56,302 nt of DNA from Nanobdellati archaeon (lineage in GTDB: Archaea > EX4484-52 > GLR71): the NCBI GenBank assembly GCA_019429005.1, contig JAHYJR010000006.1, positions 1 to 56,302 of the forward strand, read 5' to 3'. Both the position numbers and the translations under genes were made by a program. How positions within the stretch are numbered: position 1 is the stretch's first letter; each line of letters starts with the position of its first letter. Positions 50,018 through 56,302 of this stretch are shown here, piece after piece. The notes beneath the pieces were generated by a model, which made no database searches, was not told the origin of the DNA, and saw nothing but the letters and a program-made list of their open reading frames with translations.

Positions 50018-50833
50018 TTAACCAAGTGTTTTGCAATCGTTTCCGAGAAATTTAAAGATATTTTTGCTGTATCTATCGGGTGTATTTCTTTCTTTCAGCA
50101 ATCGTTTGTATTTATTTATGACGTTATCAATTGGTTCTACAGGAAGGTCTTTTAATTGAGAAAAGATTAAAGGGTTTATAACGGCTTCTCTTCCAATCAT
50201 TACACCACAGCATCCAAATTCTTTCATTTTGTCAACATCTTCTTTTTTTTTAATGTCGCCATTAGCTACAATGTTTTTACCTGTGCTTACGCAGTCAGGA
50301 AATGTAGTCCAGTCTGCTTTATCGCTATAGTTTTGTTTTCCATGTCTTGCGTGGACAACAAAGAAATCTGCATCAATTTGATTTATAAGGTTAAGGTATG
50401 CCTTTTTATCTTTTTCATAGCCGTTTAAGCCAAGGCGCATTTTTATGCTTGCAGTGTAGCCATGATCTTTGATTAGGCCAACCATTCTTTTTATTTTTGA
50501 GATTCGCTTTAGCATTGCACAGCCCATGCCTTGTCTGATAAAGTTTGGGTCAGGGCAGCCAACGTTTAGGTTAAATCCTTTAAAGCCTTTAGTTGGTGAG
50601 AACCATGATAGCACTTTTTTAAGTGATTCTTCTCTTTGACCTATAATCTGTATTGTGCAAGGTGTAGCATCATAAAATTTTATCTTTTCCATTGAAGATA
50701 TGTTCTTTTTTGAGAGAGATTCAAGACTGATTAATCCTGTGAATGTTAGGTCTGCGTCTTTGCAGATTGTCCTAAAACAGGATTCTGTCATGTCGTCCAA
50801 TGGAGCTAGCATGTAATAAAACTTATTTGCCAT
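50018..50833 (-). CDS. tRNA-dihydrouridine synthase family protein
   Basis: LAPL, NLNVGCP, GMGCAML, KMRLG, VHAR, NGDI, GVMIGR. Confidence 0.9.
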   Translation of the reverse strand: MANKFYYMLAPLDDMTESCFRTICKDADLTFTGLISLESLSKKNISSMEKIKFYDATPCTIQIIGQREESLKKVLSWFSPTKGFKGFNLNVGCPDPNFIRQGMGCAMLKRISKIKRMVGLIKDHGYTASIKMRLGLNGYEKDKKAYLNLINQIDADFFVVHARHGKQNYSDKADWTTFPDCVSTGKNIVANGDIKKKEDVDKMKEFGCCGVMIGREAVINPLIFSQLKDLPVEPIDNVINKYKRLLKERNTPDRYSKNIFKFLGNDCKTLG

Positions 50834-50969
50834 AAAATAAATAGGTATTTCTGTTCTTTTAATATGTTGCTGAAGTTGAAGGGTTTTTTTAGGTTTGGTG
50901 TTAAAATTGATTTTTGTTTTTAATAAAATGTTAAACATCTTAATAAATTCTAAAATCTATTTTATATTT

Positions 50970-51641
50970 ATGAGATTATTTTTGTCTGGTGGTGGGAGTG
51001 AAGAGGATTCTGTTGAGTTAGATAAAAAATTCGCATCTGTACTTGATAAATCTAAACCGCTTTTGTATATACCTGTTGCAGTTGATGAAGACGTTTATCC
51101 TTATCCTGAATGTTTAAGTTGGTTGAGTTCAATATTTAATCCATTAGGTGTTGAAAATATTGAAATGTGGACCGAGAAAGAGTTAGTGAATAATAAAGAA
51201 ATGGATTTAGAACAGTTTAGTGGGATTTATATTGGTGGTGGAAACACATTTTATCTTCTTAAGGCTTTGAAAGCATCTGGTTTTTTTGAAAAATTGGAAA
51301 CAGTAATAAAAAATAATATTCCTGTTTATGGTGGAAGTGCTGGAGCTATAATTTGCGGTAAGAGCATAACGTCTGCTTTGGCAATTGATCTTAATTATGT
51401 TGAATTGACAGATTTTAAGGCATTGAATCTAATTGAAGGTTATGATGTGTGGCCTCATTATGTGTTTGGGATGGATAAGCATATTCAGAAATCTCGTAAA
51501 AAGTATGGATTGAAATTGATTGTTTTGCCTGAGAATGCAGGACTTTATGTTATAGATAATATGATTGAAGTTGTAGGTCCAGGGTCTGTGTATTTAGCTG
51601 ATGAAAACATGAAACAGATTATGCCTGGAGAAAATGTTTGA
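50970..51641 (+). CDS. Peptidase S51 (dipeptidase E-like)
   Basis: IYIGGGNTF, GGSAGA, PHY. Confidence 0.9.
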   Translation: MRLFLSGGGSEEDSVELDKKFASVLDKSKPLLYIPVAVDEDVYPYPECLSWLSSIFNPLGVENIEMWTEKELVNNKEMDLEQFSGIYIGGGNTFYLLKALKASGFFEKLETVIKNNIPVYGGSAGAIICGKSITSALAIDLNYVELTDFKALNLIEGYDVWPHYVFGMDKHIQKSRKKYGLKLIVLPENAGLYVIDNMIEVVGPGSVYLADENMKQIMPGENV

Positions 51642-51878
51642 GTTTTTGTGTTAGTTATTTTTGATACTTTGTATGTTTTCAATATTTTTTCAATTATTTT
51701 TTTTATATGTATATTTATATTTTCTTTGATAATATTGTATTAGATGAAAAAGTTTATTTTAAGATATTTATATTTTTAAATTGTGATGATTTTTAATGTT
51801 ATATTTGTGGGTGATATTTAAGTAAAAATCTTAGATTAATTTTTTAATTGTAAATATTATGGTTTAAGGTGAAAATAT

Positions 51879-52400
51879 ATGGTAAGTCTATTTAGATGCA
51901 AGATTTGTGGTGATCCCTATATTGGGGAGACAAAGCCTAGCAGATGTCCGTTCTGTGGGGCATACGAAGGTTTCATGGTTGAAGCAAAAGATTATACTGA
52001 GACGTTTGATGTTGAATTGAATGAGGCTGATAAAGCTATGGTTGAGAAAGCTTTAGGGGTTGAGATTTCTAATGCTGAATTTTATTCTTGCGCCGCTGAA
52101 AAAACTGATGATTTAGAGGGTAAGCAATTATTCAAGATTCTTGGAAAAGTTGAGGCTGAACATGCTTCAATCTGGAGGAAAATATTGAAGCTTCCAAAAG
52201 ATGCACTTTCTAAAAGTGATGATTGTTCAACGGTCAATAATGATAATCTGAATGAATCACATAGACGTGAAGATCATGCAATTGAATTTTATAAACAGTC
52301 TGCAAAGGATGCTAAGAATAAGAGAGTGAAACAAATATTTGCAGCACTTGTTCAAGTAGAGACAGATCATCTTAAACTTTCAGAAGAGAGATTAAAGTAA
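51879..52400 (+). CDS. Rubrerythrin-like protein (rubredoxin + ferritin-like domain)
   Basis: CKICG..CPFCG, EAEH, ETDH. Confidence 0.88.
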   Translation: MVSLFRCKICGDPYIGETKPSRCPFCGAYEGFMVEAKDYTETFDVELNEADKAMVEKALGVEISNAEFYSCAAEKTDDLEGKQLFKILGKVEAEHASIWRKILKLPKDALSKSDDCSTVNNDNLNESHRREDHAIEFYKQSAKDAKNKRVKQIFAALVQVETDHLKLSEERLK

Positions 52401-52413
52401 GGGGTTGATAAAA

Positions 52414-52797
52414 ATGGCTGAAGAAAACGGGATTTATAAATGTGGGATTTGTGGGAATGTTGTTTCGGTGATTGAAGCTTTCGGCGGTGAATTGGTCTGC
52501 TGTGGAGAGTCAATGACATTATTTGAGGAGAAAACAAATGATGAAGGGCTTGAAAAACATGTTCCTGTAATTACTAAAACTGATAAGGGTATATTAGTTA
52601 AGGTCGGTTCAGTTTTACATCCTATGGAAGACAATCATTACATTGAACTTATTCAATTGTTTTTAAAAGGTAGTCTTTTAATGGAAAAAAGACTTAAATC
52701 TGGAGATTTGCCTCAAGCCGAATTTTGTTGTTTAGAAAGTAGCGAAGATGTTTTTGTAAGAGCACTGTGTAATAAGCATGGTCTTTGGAAAAATTAG
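52414..52797 (+). CDS. dfx: Desulfoferrodoxin (2Fe superoxide reductase)
   Basis: CGICGN..CCG, EKHVP, HPM...HYI, CNKHG. Confidence 0.94.
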   Translation: MAEENGIYKCGICGNVVSVIEAFGGELVCCGESMTLFEEKTNDEGLEKHVPVITKTDKGILVKVGSVLHPMEDNHYIELIQLFLKGSLLMEKRLKSGDLPQAEFCCLESSEDVFVRALCNKHGLWKN

Positions 52798-52966
52798 TTT
52801 GGTTTTATATTTGGTTAGCCTTCAATTGATTAATTTTTCATAGATTAATCTTTTTGGAGGTATGATTTTTTTTAAGATCTTAGGGTGTGATATGTGATTT
52901 AATTTGAATAATAATGATTGGATTCTAATTGATTTGTTTATATACATAACTTGACTAATATATAAT

Positions 52967-53153
52967 ATGGATATTTTCTATCTTCTTCGTTGAATCATTA
53001 TTTTTACAGCGGGTTTAATCTTAATTATGTGTCCTGAAAAAGTCAATAAATTTCAAGTTTATATGATTAAAAAATTACATATCAATTATGATTTTGAAAA
53101 AGAACAAAAAAATTATGTTCATTATGGTTTTTTTTAATTGCGATTTATTGAGA
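52967..53153 (+). pseudogene. Remnant of a small membrane-protein gene
   Basis: MDIFYLLR*IIIFTAGLILIMCPEKV...YVHYGFFLIAI. Confidence 0.35.
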
Positions 53154-53349
53154 TTTTTATTATTGATATTCTAAATGTTATTTTATTTTGTCTTGGTTGT
53201 AATCAAAATGTGATTTTTATTTTTTGTTAGATTGTTTAGTTAATAATTGTTTTATTTTTTATTTATTTTTTGTTTAAATGTATCTAATTTTAGGACTTTT
53301 CTTAATCAAATCAGAACTATTTATATGTCTCAAATCACACATTATTGTT

Positions 53350-55269
53350 ATGGAGTATAAAGGTTTTACATTGGATAAGTTTCAAGTTGATGCAATAAAG
53401 TCAATTGAAAAGAATCATTCTGTTGTTGTTTCGGCACCGACAGGTTCAGGTAAGACGCTTATTGCAGATTATATTATTGATAAGTATATTGATAAAGGTA
53501 TAACTGTGATTTATACAGCTCCGATTAAAGCATTGTCTAATCAGAAGTATAAGGATTTTACGAAAGCTTATGGTAAACGTCGTGTTGGGCTTATTACAGG
53601 GGATATCACAATAAATCCAGGAGCACCTATCGTGATTATGACAACTGAGATTTATCGTAATATGGCTGTTTTAAACGATCCGGCTTTAGACAAAGTTGCT
53701 TATGTTATTTTTGATGAGATTCATTTTATCAATGATGTCCAGAGAGGTTATGTGTGGGAAGAGTCAATTATTTTTTCACATAAACGTGTTAGGATGCTTT
53801 GCCTTTCAGCAACGATTCCAAATGCATTAGAATTTGCAGAGTGGATTAAAGCTATTAAAGGCCATGAAGTTGACACAATCATAAATGAGAATAGACCTGT
53901 GCCATTACATCGGATGTTTTTTGAAAATGAACTTGGAATTACAACTCTTGACGCAATTAAAAAAAATCGTGATAATAAGAAAGTCGTGTATAGGAGAGTG
54001 CGTAAGTTTAATCAGAAAGAGAATGATATTAAGCCACATCTTGAACTTGTGTCACTTATTAAAGATAAGTTACCTTGTTTCTTTTTTACATTTTCAAGGC
54101 AGAAATGTCAACAGAATGCACTTGAGCTTGCAAAGGCTAATATTTTTGAAACAAATGAAAAGATAATTACATATGTTCGCAAAAAATTACGTGATACACC
54201 AAGCGAGATTAATAATTTGAAATCTACAAGGGATCTGAAAGCTGTACTTCCATATGGTATAGCATTCCATCATGCAGGACTTTTACCTATAATAAAAGAA
54301 CTTGTTGAGGAACTTTTTTCAAAAGGGCTTATCAAAGTTCTTTATACGACTGAGACTTTTGCCGTCGGTATAAATATGCCTGCAAAAAGCGTATGTTTTG
54401 ATTCTATGATGAAATTTGATGGTGTAAATTATCGTTATCTGAATTCTAAAGAATATTTCCAGATTGCAGGTCGTGCAGGACGGCGTGGTATTGATACAGA
54501 AGGATTTGCATATGCTATTGTTGATTTGCGTGATTTTAATTATTCTCTTTTGAAAAAAATAACTACTAAAGATACTGAACCTATAATGTCTCAGTTTAGG
54601 CTTTCAGTAAATACTGTGCTTAATATTATCAAACAGCATACTAGGGACGAAATTGATAATATATTGTGTAAGAATTTTAATACATATCAAAAATATGGTG
54701 ATAGGTTTGATAAGGAAAAGACTGCTGTTGTCTATCGCAATTTTAATAATATTTATAAGAAATTAGAATCTCTTAATTACATTGAAGATGGTAAACTTAC
54801 ACCTAAAGGTTATTTTTCAACAAGAATTTATTCTGAGGAAATTGCTACAGGCGAGATTTTCGGAACGGATTTTTATAAACAGTTAGATCATTATGAGATT
54901 CTTTTGATTATTGCGTGTCTTAGTTATGAACCTAAACCTAAGAATGAATTTTATATGAGGTATAATAATAAGTCTATGAAGGTTTTGGTATCTAAAATTA
55001 ATTCTGATAATTATTTGAGAAATCTAAAACATTTTACGTATATTAAGGATATTACGGCACTTGTATATCCGTGTTATGACAGTTCTAGCATTTTTGATAT
55101 TATTAAGAATACAAATCTTCTTGAGGGTGATGTAATACGTTTCTTTAGGCAGATTGTAGACCGGCTTGGTCAGATCAGAAATGCTACAGATGATGATAAA
55201 TTGATATCAATGTTAGATGATTGTGAGCATATGATAGATCATTCAATGGGAGATATTGATGTTATATAA
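53350..55269 (+). CDS. Ski2/HelY-like DExH-box helicase
   Basis: APTGSGKT, PIKALSNQK, DEIH, LSAT, HHAG, ETFAVGINMPA, QIAGRAGRRG. Confidence 0.94.
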   Translation: MEYKGFTLDKFQVDAIKSIEKNHSVVVSAPTGSGKTLIADYIIDKYIDKGITVIYTAPIKALSNQKYKDFTKAYGKRRVGLITGDITINPGAPIVIMTTEIYRNMAVLNDPALDKVAYVIFDEIHFINDVQRGYVWEESIIFSHKRVRMLCLSATIPNALEFAEWIKAIKGHEVDTIINENRPVPLHRMFFENELGITTLDAIKKNRDNKKVVYRRVRKFNQKENDIKPHLELVSLIKDKLPCFFFTFSRQKCQQNALELAKANIFETNEKIITYVRKKLRDTPSEINNLKSTRDLKAVLPYGIAFHHAGLLPIIKELVEELFSKGLIKVLYTTETFAVGINMPAKSVCFDSMMKFDGVNYRYLNSKEYFQIAGRAGRRGIDTEGFAYAIVDLRDFNYSLLKKITTKDTEPIMSQFRLSVNTVLNIIKQHTRDEIDNILCKNFNTYQKYGDRFDKEKTAVVYRNFNNIYKKLESLNYIEDGKLTPKGYFSTRIYSEEIATGEIFGTDFYKQLDHYEILLIIACLSYEPKPKNEFYMRYNNKSMKVLVSKINSDNYLRNLKHFTYIKDITALVYPCYDSSSIFDIIKNTNLLEGDVIRFFRQIVDRLGQIRNATDDDKLISMLDDCEHMIDHSMGDIDVI

Positions 55270-55484
55270 TATGATTTTAGGAATCTTATCTTTTTTATTT
55301 TTGTTTAATTGAAACTTTTATTTAAATTAGTTGTTAATGTTTTATTCGATTTTTGAGTTTTTAAATAGTTTTTATATGATTTAAGTTGGTTTATTAGTTA
55401 GTAGTTTTGGATTATTGTATTAATTGTTCTTAGTTAGTAGTTAATTTAAGTATGTATATGAAGTTAATTGTCTAAAATATAGTT

Positions 55485-56302
55485 ATGTCTGAAGATACTG
55501 GTATTGATGATGATGTTGATGATGTATTGCTAATTTATGGCATTATATCTGAAATTATGAAGGATGATACATCTGAAGTTAGTTTAAGTAGTGTTAAGTC
55601 TATTCTTCGTCAAAGTACGGGTGTTTTGTTAGATAATGATACATTAGACGAACATATCAAATCCTTTGTTGATGAAGGTATTTTTGATAAAAATGGTGAT
55701 CAATTAATATTGGGTTTAGAAAGTGATTATTTTTTTTAAAGTGAAGTTTTAGGTCTAGTATGGTCTAGTTTACCGCCTAAGGTACGTTCTGGTATTTTAA
55801 ATAATGATATCTCTAATTTAGATTATCTTCAAAAAGATCCATTATGGTGGGTTATGACAAGTCCTACAGGTAAAGCTTGGGTAAAAATCAATGAGGTTCT
55901 TGACGCTGAATACATAATGGATGATAAATCTATTGAATTATTTTTACTTTTTTTTAAGTTAGAAACGTTTGAGTGTGGTACAGTTAATAGGAGTGATATT
56001 TATTTTCTTTTTAGGGACTATCTATTATTTAATGAGCTTGCAGGTGAAAAAACAAAGAGTTCTAACTCTATTTATTCAAATGTACTGTCTCAGGTTAAGA
56101 CGTTAATTAAATATGAGTATCCTCAAAATGTGAAAAAACATTTATACGGTATAAGTTTAAATTGCCGTGATATAAAAGATAAATCTTCTAGACGTGATAT
56201 AAAAGATAAATCTTCTAGACGTGATATAAAAGATAAATCTTCTAGACGTGATATAAAAGATAAATCTTCTAGATGTGATATAAAAGATAAATCTTCTAGA
56301 CG
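55485..56302 (+). CDS. Hypothetical gene with one in-frame TAA (55737-55739), open to the window end and ending in RDIKDKSSR repeats
   Basis: DYFF*SEVLGLVWSSLP... continues without another stop to 56302. Confidence 0.55.
56166..56302. repeat. Tandem array, 27-bp unit CGTGATATAAAAGATAAATCTTCTAGA, 5 copies visible, runs off the window end
   Basis: Units start at 56166, 56193, 56220, 56247, 56274. Confidence 0.97.

Noticed and set aside
15700-56302. Genome-wide reassignment of TAA to an amino acid
   Set aside because: Many core genes end at TAA at their expected lengths; internal stops replace different residues and co-occur with TGA stops and frameshifts.
1-56302. Window as a Borg, virus or plasmid with terminal repeats
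   Set aside because: It carries syntenic core ribosomal, exosome, proteasome and SRP genes; the two end arrays are unrelated, so they look like assembly breaks.

Overview
AT-rich chromosomal segment of an archaeon, most likely a DPANN lineage (inferred from gene content and the divergent ribosomal proteins; the exact phylum cannot be fixed here). Left to right it holds: a glycogen synthesis/degradation cluster; a copper/heavy-metal cluster with CopZ and CopA; a PAPS-reductase-family gene; intron-containing tRNA-Arg; a methanogenesis-marker-9-like Cys-rich gene next to gatB; srp54; the conserved proteasome-exosome superoperon; the rpp21-rps19e-rpl39e-rpl31e-eIF6-pfdA-ftsY cluster; tRNA-Gly and tRNA-Thr; an accessory block after tRNA-Thr (MNT-HEPN pair, ACR3, UvrD-nuclease fusion, AAA ATPase, RhuM/DinD/BRO-N remnants, kinase-like ORF); oxidative-stress genes; and a Ski2-like helicase. 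The most unusual signals are: (1) four long, near-perfect tandem-repeat arrays with different units (21, 12, 26, 27 bp), three sharing AAATCTT, plus short duplications; (2) many interrupted accessory genes, several with a single in-frame TAA; (3) four TGTTAA-N6-TTAACA palindromes at the MNT-HEPN promoter; (4) a half GT-B protein; (5) a strong strand-specific G+T skew with local exceptions. No CRISPR array, rRNA, integrase or transposase was seen. All family calls come from motif recognition by eye, not database searches.
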